Shown here one piece after another: positions 45,968-55,483 of a stretch of 64,000 nucleotides of DNA. The notes under the pieces are model-generated. The model was not told where the DNA came from and did no database searches. It saw only the letters and a program-made list of their open reading frames with translations. This DNA comes from Alphaproteobacteria bacterium (GTDB taxonomy: Bacteria; Pseudomonadota; Alphaproteobacteria; Rickettsiales; UBA1997): positions 59,131 to 123,130 of the forward strand of contig JAGKWR010000002.1 of NCBI GenBank assembly GCA_021151765.1. The letters are read 5' to 3'. Position numbers and translations under genes: made by a program. Positions within the stretch are counted from its first letter, which is position 1. Each line of letters begins with the position of its first letter.

Positions 45968-48900
45968 ATGAATTTCAAAATCCCTAAATTGCACAAGAAC
46001 AAAATTCTTCAAGCGAGTATATCGTTGCTTGTGTTTGCTGGGATATTTCTGATATTTAATACTATTTCTCCTCCTAAAGATCTGCAAAGTGCGGTTTCTT
46101 CCTGCGTTTCTTATACTGGCGCTAATTCCGGAGTTAATTGCGCCTACCCTCCTTGTGCTTTATTAACTTCAGGTGCTAATCCTGGGGTAAATTGTTTACC
46201 TAATTGTGCAAATTTAACTGCTGCAACTTCCATAACTGGTAACTCAACTCCAGTTGGCGGTGTAAATTGTTATTATCTTGATAAACCTCTGTGTACTGCA
46301 ACATCAAGATCCGTTTCGGTTATGGATATAAACATTCCTAATATCATGACCCCCCCTACAGCACCGGATCCTAGAACTAATTGTGCAGACTTAATTGATC
46401 TACCTCTTTGTGAACAAGTTACTCTTTCAACCGCGAATCCAACAGCCAATTGTGTAAAAGAATGTGGTGCAAACGATAATGTTGATACAGCAACGTCCGG
46501 ACATAATGTAACGTGTGTAAGATTTTGTGATAACATGCCAAATATAAATGGCACTAGTACCAAAATGACAGCTGTTCCTAGAACTTCTTCTTCCGTTGGT
46601 AATTGCGTTCCACGCCAATGTCATCAATTAGCAATCGGTACAAAACCAAACGGATCTAATTGCTCTTTGAATAGTTGTAATAAATTGTCTCCGGATGAAA
46701 TGAATCAGAGCAGAATACAAAATGAAGATGATACTAATTTTGCCCAATATTGCGATGGCAGCACCGTTAAATGTTATGAGTTTTCAGCAAAACAACTTCC
46801 CTTTACTAGATATCGACTAAACAACACAATGTGTCAGATTCATAAATGTAAACCAGCAACCACTTCTTGCGGCAGAATTGACAGTTGTACTGGATTTACT
46901 TTGTACAGTGCAACTACTGATGATACTTTGAATATCTCATGTAACACCACTTCTGCTTTAGATAACGGATCAACTCAGCAATATAGCAGTCTCTATTCAA
47001 AATATATTAATGTTGGTCTTCCAATCTCTGACACTTCTTTTTGTCAAGCAGTTGTATGTAAACCAACTTACTATCTTCCTTACCCTTGTTCGGCTGATGC
47101 TAGTGGAAATCTAACAGTTAGAGATACAAATTGTGATGCTTCAGGTGATGGTTCAATATGCGGTACTGTCCAATGTAGTAAGAATGATGAATGTAAAAAA
47201 GATCTAGGATTTTGTTACAAAACAATAGACTGCAATTTATCTAGCAACTCTACCAACTCTGTTTGTATTGCAGCAAATGGTTCTGACGTTAGTAATGATG
47301 GCAATTTTGAAGATGATACAGATTCATCATTTCATAGACCAGTTCCACTTAATAAAGCTTATAAAAATAACGATCCATCACAGGGATATAGAATTTCTGG
47401 AACCTGCTACACAATAAATCAAATGAAATCACAATCTGATGATAGTAGCGATGATCATAAATGGGGAGTAGATCCAGTAATTCCAATGTCTTGGCTCTTT
47501 GGTGCAAAAGATATAAGATTAGGCTATACTCATTCACAACTATCACCTGATCGTACAAGATCTCCTAAAGCTTGTGAACCGTCAAAGGTTGGTTCAAGAG
47601 GAACTGGTTATTCTTATCTGTGTGGCAATAAATCAAGTCTGTATAAACCAATAAGCGAGAAAAGCGCTTTTTACAAAGGATACGTATCTACAGAATTTTT
47701 GGATAATGGTAATACTATTGCCAAACTAAATGTTTGTTTACGATTCAAAAATACTTTAAGACCTGATGATAATACAATTGATGACTCAGAAACATGTGGC
47801 TCGAGAGAATGCGCCATAAGCTATTTTTCAAGTAATCCAATTTCTCAAGCTTGCGGTTTTGATTATTGTCGCACTCTAACAGTAAATTCAGTCAATCCGA
47901 AAGAATGTGCAATGAGTGGAGACTTATTTGATGTTACTCAAGCTAGCAACTCTAATAATGATAACAAAGCTTGTAGCGAAATAGTAGACAGTAACCTCAG
48001 ACTACGAGCTGTACAATATGGTAACAGAATATGCGCCTTTGTTGATTCATCGACTCAGTTTGCTTATAATAAAATGTTTTTTGATGAAAATGTTAAACTT
48101 GATGATGGAGTCACTTGCGTTAGCGGAACTTATAACCAAAAAACCAAAAAATGTGAAAATGGCAAAGATACTAATGATAAACCGGAAGAAGCAACACACT
48201 GGCGTACTATATTAAAAGTGAAATATACCGGTTCAAACACTGATCTGAATGGTTTTTATGATCGTAACGGCAAATTTATCAAAGCCCAAGAATGTGTTCA
48301 AGTGCCTCTCAGCGATTCACCACCAAACTTATACAATTTAGCTTCTTTACAAAATTCATCAAGAATGTTCACACCACCTTTATTCATAAGAGCAATAAAT
48401 TCAAAACGTGAAGGAGTACAAGTTTCATCAGATGCTTCCGGCACAACAGATTTCTTAGAACCTGAAGTAGTAGTTCAGTTCGGCACTTCCAATAAAACTC
48501 TTAGTATTGGCACTGGTTTAAGTGGCTATGAATCAACTCTTGATTCAAAAAGTTATGCTATGGACTCTACGGCTATAAAAACTGTAATGAATGGAATCAC
48601 TTACTCAGCTAATATTCTAATTAAAAAAGAATTTAATTCTGCAATCAATCAACCAACAGTTTGTTTATATCAAAGATTTAATTCAGATAACGGATATTAT
48701 GATATTAAAATTGGTTGTGCTAATAGATCGCTTCCAGAAATAGATAACGCCAACACTACTTCTCAAAGCTCTATTGGTGTTCGTAAAATTAGTATAACTG
48801 CGGATACTAATGGAGTTAATACTCTAGATAAAACTACTCAAAAATACGGAGATGCTACCCTGATATTTAAATATTGTGGCGATGCGAGCTGTTCAAATTC

Positions 48901-51850
48901 GAAATCTATTAATTTCAAAAATATTGATCCATCACAACCAACTTGTTTAGGAACCCAAGAAAGTGATATGGAAAAATACAAAGTTTGTGTGCAACGCGAT
49001 GAGTGTTCTCAATTGTGGAAAGAATGCATGGAGAACGAAATATCAATCCAAAATAATGGTGAAACCGAGTCAACTGCTGCAGAAAGATTAAGATGTCAAA
49101 AGCTGGCTGTTAATTGTAACAACAAAAAAGGAATTACTTCACAAAGCAGTAACTTCGTTGATCAAGTTAACTCAACAATAGCAGATACTGATGCTTATGG
49201 TTGGTTTAATGAGATGTGTATAGTTTCTGGCTTTTCTGATAAATTGTCACAAAAGCTGATTTACCGTAAAATAACTTCAGCAAGCAATGTAAAAGGTAAA
49301 TGCCTTGCTGTTCCGAAAAGCTCACTATCTTCAGTAAATAGCGCAAATTTACAAACTCTTGCCAATTCTTGCCCAAGAGGTGGTGATGGAGTTAATTGTA
49401 TATGTATTGATGCGACTACTGCAATAAGTGGCTATACAATAGATAATCCAACTCCTCATGAAGCTGGTCTTTGTATTTCAATTCCAACGCCAAAAGTTTG
49501 TAGTTCTGTAAATTATGGCGGAGATAGTTATAACTCATCTTCTCTCGGAGGTTCAGCATATACTAGCTCCGGAGGAACCGTTAACACACAGCATGCGAAT
49601 AGATCAACTTCTAACGTTGGAGCATCAGTTGGCGGAGGCTTTGGTGAATTCCCAACTTCAGTTGTTGGTATGAATAATATAAAAGGAACTTGTAACGGCT
49701 TCTGGCAATCACAATCAACTAGTAGTGGTGTTATAAGTCCGAAAATGAATTGCTTAGACAATACTGCAAGTAGCACAAATGGTAAGTGGAGCGGTCTAAT
49801 TACTAATTCAGAATCAGCAGCCTGCGTTCGTTTTTCTTCGCCTGCGATAACTACCGGAAATAATACAAATGATTCTGATGCCTCTGGCAATTATCCAAGT
49901 CAAACTTACACAAAATCAACCGAAACAAACGATGTAGCAAGCAATACCTTCGGAGCCGTTACACTTGGAACTAAAGGAGAATCAAATGGCTACGCAATTT
50001 GGCCATCATTCACTAAAACTAACGATTTTCTACAAACTTACACCGCTACTTCTTGTATAGCAGGATATCGCACAAATTCACTCCCGACAAGAGGAGTTGA
50101 TCAACTTGGCAATCCAAAAAGCGTTAATAGTAGTTGCACCAGAATTACCTGTCCTGCAATTAATCCTTCAACTAATCCTATCGACTGGACGGCTTGGGCT
50201 GCATCAAAAGGCGCTTCATTTGGAGTTGAAGTTGATGCAATGGGTCGCCCACTTACTACAACCTACACAACTCCAGCCTCACGCAGCATTTCTTCAGTTA
50301 CACCAGGATCAACCAGAAAAGGTTATTGTAACACATCTCTTGGTTTCTTCCAAGCAGTTGGCAATTCACAACCAGAAAGAGATTGTTTATATGATGGAAC
50401 TTGGGGACCAGTCAGAAATCCATGCGTGAGTTCTTGTAATGCAGTAACAAATCCTGGATCAAGCGATGGTTTTGCAACATGGCCAGCTTCAAATAATCTC
50501 ACTGCTGGTCAAAGTGCTGTCGTATCTGGAACCTGCCAATCAGGTTATTCTCCTTACCCTTATCCAAGATTTAAAGATGATACTGGTACAGCAATTACCC
50601 CAATCCCAAGCGCAACATCTGGCTCACCTGAAACAAGTCCGAAAAGAACTTGTCAATATTCTCAAGTTGTTGGTGGTGGAAGCGCTAATACCTGGACCAA
50701 TGTTTCTTCAACATGTGTAAATCAATGTCCTGGATATGATATAGATACTAGAGAAGGAGTTGGTAAAACTTCTCATAATACTGCACAATTTGGATCAATT
50801 GAAATCAGATGGCCTTCAACCTCTACTGGAGCGACAATAACAAGAACTTTTGGTTATAACTCAGCTGGAACCGAAGTCGGATTCAATAACCTAACTTCGC
50901 AAACTGCTTCTGATTATTCACAAGCTGGAAGAACTAACGGTTATTTCATTGTTTCCAGAACCTGCAATTCAAACTATACTTGGAGTGCTCCAGTTGTTCA
51001 ATGCGCTACTAATGGCGGAACTGTTAATAACTCAATTATAGGTTCTAGCGGCAATAACACTACAGTGAATGCCGGCTCATCTGTTCAAGTAAATTCTTGC
51101 ACAAGTAACTTCGGCACTCCTTCTATGCCTTCTTACCAATGCAAATCCTACAATGGTAGTACAGACTCTTATGGCTATCAAAACATCGATCAATATTACT
51201 ACAGCCTAGTTTCAGGATCAGCTTGTGCAGCAATCACATGCAACTTAACAAATAACACATCTTATGGAGCAAGTGGTGGTTCCGTTTATACAGGAACTAC
51301 AAGAAATATTAACGTTGGAGAAGTAGTATCACTATCTTGTAAAAGTGGTTTTGGTAAAAATATTCCATCCCCTGCAATCACGAATGGTAACGATAGTAGT
51401 TGCGGCAGAACAGCTAACGATAGAACTTCTCAAAGTCCTACAGCAACTTGTACAAATAATAACGGCGTGGGAACAATCGTTGTAAACAATGACTGCTCCG
51501 CATGTAGAAGTTGCAGTGCTAGCCAATATTCTTATATCAACTCATCTAATGTTAACTACACAGGACTTAACTGTTATGTTGGCTGCAGTGGCAATACTGA
51601 CCAATGCTTTGTAATTAATCACTACAACAGATACGCAACAGTTCCAGCATCTGGATCAGTAAACGCATATGACTATTCTTGCGGTAACGCTGGAGACAAT
51701 GTTACAACTGTAACTTTTGATAACTGTGCTGCAAACACAACTTGCTCTAAAATCACGAATGGCGGCAAATGTGGTAGCAACACGGTGAGATACACGTGCG
51801 TCGACGGAGACTATCAGCTCGATTACTCAACTTGTGGATGGAGTTACTAA
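45968..51850 (+). CDS. giant cysteine-rich secreted/surface protein with Sushi/CCP-like modules
   Basis: 1960 aa. N-terminal hydrophobic anchor or signal ILQASISLLVFAGIFLIFNTI. Roughly 100 Cys by hand count. N/S/T/G-rich. Residues about 45-240 carry about 8 short (G/T)xNC-x(2-7)-C units. Residues about 1190-1843 carry about 6-7 modules of the form C...hhhxxC-x-(S/N)-G-(Y/F)...C...(W)...C. Confidence 0.7.
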   Translation: MNFKIPKLHKNKILQASISLLVFAGIFLIFNTISPPKDLQSAVSSCVSYTGANSGVNCAYPPCALLTSGANPGVNCLPNCANLTAATSITGNSTPVGGVNCYYLDKPLCTATSRSVSVMDINIPNIMTPPTAPDPRTNCADLIDLPLCEQVTLSTANPTANCVKECGANDNVDTATSGHNVTCVRFCDNMPNINGTSTKMTAVPRTSSSVGNCVPRQCHQLAIGTKPNGSNCSLNSCNKLSPDEMNQSRIQNEDDTNFAQYCDGSTVKCYEFSAKQLPFTRYRLNNTMCQIHKCKPATTSCGRIDSCTGFTLYSATTDDTLNISCNTTSALDNGSTQQYSSLYSKYINVGLPISDTSFCQAVVCKPTYYLPYPCSADASGNLTVRDTNCDASGDGSICGTVQCSKNDECKKDLGFCYKTIDCNLSSNSTNSVCIAANGSDVSNDGNFEDDTDSSFHRPVPLNKAYKNNDPSQGYRISGTCYTINQMKSQSDDSSDDHKWGVDPVIPMSWLFGAKDIRLGYTHSQLSPDRTRSPKACEPSKVGSRGTGYSYLCGNKSSLYKPISEKSAFYKGYVSTEFLDNGNTIAKLNVCLRFKNTLRPDDNTIDDSETCGSRECAISYFSSNPISQACGFDYCRTLTVNSVNPKECAMSGDLFDVTQASNSNNDNKACSEIVDSNLRLRAVQYGNRICAFVDSSTQFAYNKMFFDENVKLDDGVTCVSGTYNQKTKKCENGKDTNDKPEEATHWRTILKVKYTGSNTDLNGFYDRNGKFIKAQECVQVPLSDSPPNLYNLASLQNSSRMFTPPLFIRAINSKREGVQVSSDASGTTDFLEPEVVVQFGTSNKTLSIGTGLSGYESTLDSKSYAMDSTAIKTVMNGITYSANILIKKEFNSAINQPTVCLYQRFNSDNGYYDIKIGCANRSLPEIDNANTTSQSSIGVRKISITADTNGVNTLDKTTQKYGDATLIFKYCGDASCSNSKSINFKNIDPSQPTCLGTQESDMEKYKVCVQRDECSQLWKECMENEISIQNNGETESTAAERLRCQKLAVNCNNKKGITSQSSNFVDQVNSTIADTDAYGWFNEMCIVSGFSDKLSQKLIYRKITSASNVKGKCLAVPKSSLSSVNSANLQTLANSCPRGGDGVNCICIDATTAISGYTIDNPTPHEAGLCISIPTPKVCSSVNYGGDSYNSSSLGGSAYTSSGGTVNTQHANRSTSNVGASVGGGFGEFPTSVVGMNNIKGTCNGFWQSQSTSSGVISPKMNCLDNTASSTNGKWSGLITNSESAACVRFSSPAITTGNNTNDSDASGNYPSQTYTKSTETNDVASNTFGAVTLGTKGESNGYAIWPSFTKTNDFLQTYTATSCIAGYRTNSLPTRGVDQLGNPKSVNSSCTRITCPAINPSTNPIDWTAWAASKGASFGVEVDAMGRPLTTTYTTPASRSISSVTPGSTRKGYCNTSLGFFQAVGNSQPERDCLYDGTWGPVRNPCVSSCNAVTNPGSSDGFATWPASNNLTAGQSAVVSGTCQSGYSPYPYPRFKDDTGTAITPIPSATSGSPETSPKRTCQYSQVVGGGSANTWTNVSSTCVNQCPGYDIDTREGVGKTSHNTAQFGSIEIRWPSTSTGATITRTFGYNSAGTEVGFNNLTSQTASDYSQAGRTNGYFIVSRTCNSNYTWSAPVVQCATNGGTVNNSIIGSSGNNTTVNAGSSVQVNSCTSNFGTPSMPSYQCKSYNGSTDSYGYQNIDQYYYSLVSGSACAAITCNLTNNTSYGASGGSVYTGTTRNINVGEVVSLSCKSGFGKNIPSPAITNGNDSSCGRTANDRTSQSPTATCTNNNGVGTIVVNNDCSACRSCSASQYSYINSSNVNYTGLNCYVGCSGNTDQCFVINHYNRYATVPASGSVNAYDYSCGNAGDNVTTVTFDNCAANTTCSKITNGGKCGSNTVRYTCVDGDYQLDYSTCGWSY

Positions 51851-51866
51851 AATATCTGAAAAATAT

Positions 51867-52913
51867 TTAGTAAGAACTAAACAAACCTTTGATGTTTTTG
51901 GAATTACCTACTGAATCAAGCGACAGCATAACTAAAATTCTGGCTTTCTGCGGGGTTAAATTATCCGCAGTTAAAAAACCAAATTGATCGTCATTAATCT
52001 CAACATTTGGCGCTACATTGCCGCTTAAAAGATGCGAAGAGCGTACAACTAAAATTCCTTTTTTTACCGCCTTTGCCAAAGCTTTCACTGTTTCTTGATT
52101 AATATTTCCATCACCAACTCCCGCCAAAATTATAGCTTTTGTGTTAGCCGCAACCAAGTCATCAATTTGTTTAGGATCAAAGCCAGCGTAGGCGTAAACG
52201 ATATCAACTTGCGGTAATTTCTTAATTTTTGCGACATCAAATTCTGAATCTTTAGTGTGCAAACGTAACGGCGCATAATAAAAATTTACCTTACCATAAT
52301 GAACATTGCCGATCGCTCCAGCATTTGGCGCAGCAAAGGCCATAACGTTTGTTGTATGAGTTTTTGTAACATCGCGAGCTGCTAAAATTTGTTCATTCAT
52401 TACTACTAAAACGCCTTTATTTTTAGCATTATCGTCAGCCGCAACTGCAACAGCATTGTACAAATTCAACGGACCATCCGCACTGATTGAAGTTGCGGGA
52501 CGCATTGCACCCACTAAAATTACTGGCTTATCGCTTTTCACTGTAAGGTTTAGAAAATAAGCCGTTTCTTCCATCGTGTCAGTTCCATGAGTAATCACCA
52601 CTGCATCAACTTCTTTTTGCGCCAAAGTTTCATTCACTTTTTTGGCGATCACTAACCAGTCATTTTGATTAATATCTTGGCTGCCTTTTTGCATAATTTG
52701 CTGCGCCGAAATATTGGCCAACTTTTCAATTCCCGCCGAACTTTTGACAATTTGATCAATATTAATTTTCGACGAAGAATATTGCGACTTATTTGCCGAT
52801 TCTCCAGCACCAGAAATAGTTCCACCCGTTGCTAAAATAACGATATTTTTGGCCATAGAATCAAAAGAGAAAATTGATAACGAAAATAATAAACAAAACT
52901 GCGATAACTTCAT
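51867..52913 (-). CDS. ansB: L-asparaginase, type II (periplasmic)
   Basis: 348 aa. Signal peptide, ATGGTISGAG and HGTDTMEETAYFL. Confidence 0.9.
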   Translation of the reverse strand: MKLSQFCLLFSLSIFSFDSMAKNIVILATGGTISGAGESANKSQYSSSKINIDQIVKSSAGIEKLANISAQQIMQKGSQDINQNDWLVIAKKVNETLAQKEVDAVVITHGTDTMEETAYFLNLTVKSDKPVILVGAMRPATSISADGPLNLYNAVAVAADDNAKNKGVLVVMNEQILAARDVTKTHTTNVMAFAAPNAGAIGNVHYGKVNFYYAPLRLHTKDSEFDVAKIKKLPQVDIVYAYAGFDPKQIDDLVAANTKAIILAGVGDGNINQETVKALAKAVKKGILVVRSSHLLSGNVAPNVEINDDQFGFLTADNLTPQKARILVMLSLDSVGNSKNIKGLFSSY

Positions 52914-53455
52914 GAATTGCCTCTACTAGTTGAATTAATTGTAAATTTACTCACATCCCAACCAGCACCTTTAACTAAGTGTGGATTTTGTTGGTTACTG
53001 CGTTTTTCTACACGAGTACCGTTTGTCATAACTGGTTGCATAACATCAATTACACTCTGCAATAACCCAATCGAATTTAAATCAACATTGTCAGAAGCTG
53101 AAGAAATCTGATCTTCTTGCATGGCAAGATAGAGCAAATCAAACTTTGAAACTTGCAAATCGAAACTTTCAACTATGTGCGAAATTTTTTGTTCATTCAA
53201 AATACCGTATTTAGCTGCTATTGCCAAAAAAAGCTTTTGATCTTCTTTATTCGCAAGATTTGAAGAGAGCTCGATGAATAAATCATATCGCAATTCTGAG
53301 TTTGAAATTTCTTTAATCTCTTGGCACAAATCAGAAACGGAACGAAAATCACCAAAATTAATTCTGCCAGATAGACCTGACTGTTTTATGTTTTGATATT
53401 TCTCTTGCTCAAGTCTTCCGTTTTCACTTTGATGATTTGTTGTACGGAACATCAC
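52910..53455 (-). CDS. hypothetical protein
   Basis: 181 aa. 4-nt overlaps with both queH (upstream) and ansB (downstream). No family recognised. Confidence 0.5.
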   Translation of the reverse strand: MMFRTTNHQSENGRLEQEKYQNIKQSGLSGRINFGDFRSVSDLCQEIKEISNSELRYDLFIELSSNLANKEDQKLFLAIAAKYGILNEQKISHIVESFDLQVSKFDLLYLAMQEDQISSASDNVDLNSIGLLQSVIDVMQPVMTNGTRVEKRSNQQNPHLVKGAGWDVSKFTINSTSRGNS

Positions 53456-54135
53456 TTCACCTCTTTTGCAGTAGTTAAATTTTTATCGACACCAGTTTCG
53501 CAGTAAAATTCTTCACCGATTTTGATTTCTTCGCGGCCATTTTTAACGCGCCATTCGTTTGAATCACGCAAGCTGAAAATACAGCCGCAATATTCTTGTT
53601 TGTAAAATTCTTCGCGCTTAGCAATTTCATACATGCGCGCGGCACCCCCTTCTTTGCGCCAATTGTAAGTCCAATAATCAACTCCTTCGTAATGACTTGC
53701 GGCGCGAATACCGCAATCATTGATTTGATCCATATTTTTCCAGCGTGAAATCCCTAGCGAAGAAGTGATTGTCGTAAAACCATTTTCATAAGCATGCAGC
53801 GCGGTGCGTTCAAAACGCATGTCGAAACAAGCTGTGCAGCGAATTCCGCGTTCTGGTTCCCATTCCATTCCTTTGGCGCGCTTGAACCAATTTTGCACGT
53901 CGTAATCAGCATCAACGAAAGGAATTCCCAACTTTTCGGCAAAACGAATATTTTCTTCTTTGCGAATCAAATATTCTTTGCGCGGATGAATATTGGGATT
54001 GTAGAAAAAGATCGTAACATCAATTCCCGAAACCTTCATGCGTTCCATCAAATCACCAGCGCAAGGCGCACAGCAACTATGCATTAAAACACGATTATCT
54101 TTGGCATTTTCGGGCAATTTTAACTCGTAAGACAT
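53452..54135 (-). CDS. queH: epoxyqueuosine reductase QueH (DUF208)
   Basis: 227 aa. [20 protein letters not shown] and later Cys motifs (CTACF, YCGC). Confidence 0.8.
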   Translation of the reverse strand: MSYELKLPENAKDNRVLMHSCCAPCAGDLMERMKVSGIDVTIFFYNPNIHPRKEYLIRKEENIRFAEKLGIPFVDADYDVQNWFKRAKGMEWEPERGIRCTACFDMRFERTALHAYENGFTTITSSLGISRWKNMDQINDCGIRAASHYEGVDYWTYNWRKEGGAARMYEIAKREEFYKQEYCGCIFSLRDSNEWRVKNGREEIKIGEEFYCETGVDKNLTTAKEVK

Positions 54136-54152
54136 TTAGGATTTTTGCTTTT

Positions 54153-54206
54153 AGATTTTAGAAATTAGATTTGCGCCATCATTGATAAATCTAATTTCTA
54201 AAATCT
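54153..54206. promoter_or_regulatory. perfect 20-bp inverted repeat in the queH/mutM divergent intergenic region
   Basis: AGATTTTAGAAATTAGATTT (54153-54172), a 14-nt spacer GCGCCATCATTGAT, then AAATCTAATTTCTAAAATCT (54187-54206). Function is unknown (operator, bidirectional hairpin or small palindromic element). Confidence 0.5.
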
Positions 54207-54219
54207 TAAATCAAAATTT

Positions 54220-55032
54220 ATGCCAGAACTTCCTGAAGTTGAAACCGTGCGCCGCGGCATTGCCAATTTAGCCGGCAACAAAGTCAGCAAAATTTTCCGC
54301 TCTGACAAAAAAATGCGCATTGAATCAACTCTTGATTTACAAAGTTTGAAAAATGCCAAAATCACTGAAATCAGCCGCCGCGCTCGTTATTTGATTATTC
54401 ATTTCGACAACCAAAAAAGCTTGATTATCCATTTAGGAATGAGCGGCAAAGTAACTGTCAAAAACGACTTCGAAAAACTTAAACATGATCATTTCGCGTT
54501 GGAATTTTTAGACGGTAAATACTTGATTTTAAACGATGCGCGCCGTTTCGGGTTTGTTGATTTAGTCGCTACTAAAAATTTAGAAAAACACAAAATGCTG
54601 TCAAAGTTAGGGCCGGAACCTTTGTCGCAAGAGTTTGAGTTCGACTATTTGAAATCCCAGCTCCACGGCAAAAATATGAACATTAAAACCACAATGATGG
54701 ACAACGAAATTGTCGTCGGCGTTGGTAACATTTACATTAACGAATCGTTGTTTGATTCCAAGATTTCACCAACTCGCCAAGCTTCTTCAATCAAAGATTC
54801 TGAGCTGAAAAAATTGATCGCTTCAATCAAAAAAATTATTCAAAACGCCATTGATTTAGGCGGTTCTTCAATTTCAGATTATGTCACAGCGTCAGGCGAT
54901 TTAGGCAATTTTCAAAACACTTTCAAAGTCTATGGACGCGACAAGTTACAATGTCTTTCTTGCAAAAATTTAATCCAAAAAATAAAGCAAAATGGTCGCT
55001 CCAGCTTTTATTGTTCAACTTGCCAAAAATAA
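54220..55032 (+). CDS. mutM: formamidopyrimidine-DNA glycosylase
   Basis: 270 aa. MPELPEVET and a C-terminal zinc finger CLSC...CSTCQ. Confidence 0.95.
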   Translation: MPELPEVETVRRGIANLAGNKVSKIFRSDKKMRIESTLDLQSLKNAKITEISRRARYLIIHFDNQKSLIIHLGMSGKVTVKNDFEKLKHDHFALEFLDGKYLILNDARRFGFVDLVATKNLEKHKMLSKLGPEPLSQEFEFDYLKSQLHGKNMNIKTTMMDNEIVVGVGNIYINESLFDSKISPTRQASSIKDSELKKLIASIKKIIQNAIDLGGSSISDYVTASGDLGNFQNTFKVYGRDKLQCLSCKNLIQKIKQNGRSSFYCSTCQK

Positions 55033-55033
55033 T

Positions 55034-55462
55034 ATGAAAAAAATCTTCGCCCTAATTTTTTGTTGTTTTGCCCTATTTTCTTGCGCCGACACTCAAACAA
55101 TTGCGGCACCAAAAAACGCTGCTGTTGCTGCGGAATTATCGTCTAATGATTTCGTCAAAGGCAGCGAAGATATTCCTTTAATTCAAGGTTTGGAACTTGT
55201 TGAAAGTGAAAATGTTGATTTTGATTCTGAGTCAGGAAGCTTCTCCAGCATTGAATATAAAAGCCCTTTTTATCTCGAAGCCGTGCAAAATTTTTACTTG
55301 CGCACTTTACCACAAATGGGCTGGAAATTAATCCGTAACGACCAAACGGAATCAAGCTTCACTCGCGAAGGCGAAAGATTAAAAATCGAATTTTTGCAAA
55401 AAGACCACAATTCAAAAAGCAGTTTCGTACGCTTTTATTTTTCTTCAGCACCAAGAAGATAA
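55034..55462 (+). CDS. hypothetical lipoprotein
   Basis: MKKIFALIFCCFALFSCAD (lipobox LFSC) from Met15 of track ORF 54992..55462. Confidence 0.6.
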   Translation: MKKIFALIFCCFALFSCADTQTIAAPKNAAVAAELSSNDFVKGSEDIPLIQGLELVESENVDFDSESGSFSSIEYKSPFYLEAVQNFYLRTLPQMGWKLIRNDQTESSFTREGERLKIEFLQKDHNSKSSFVRFYFSSAPRR

Positions 55463-55483
55463 AACTTCAAATAAGCTTTCCGA

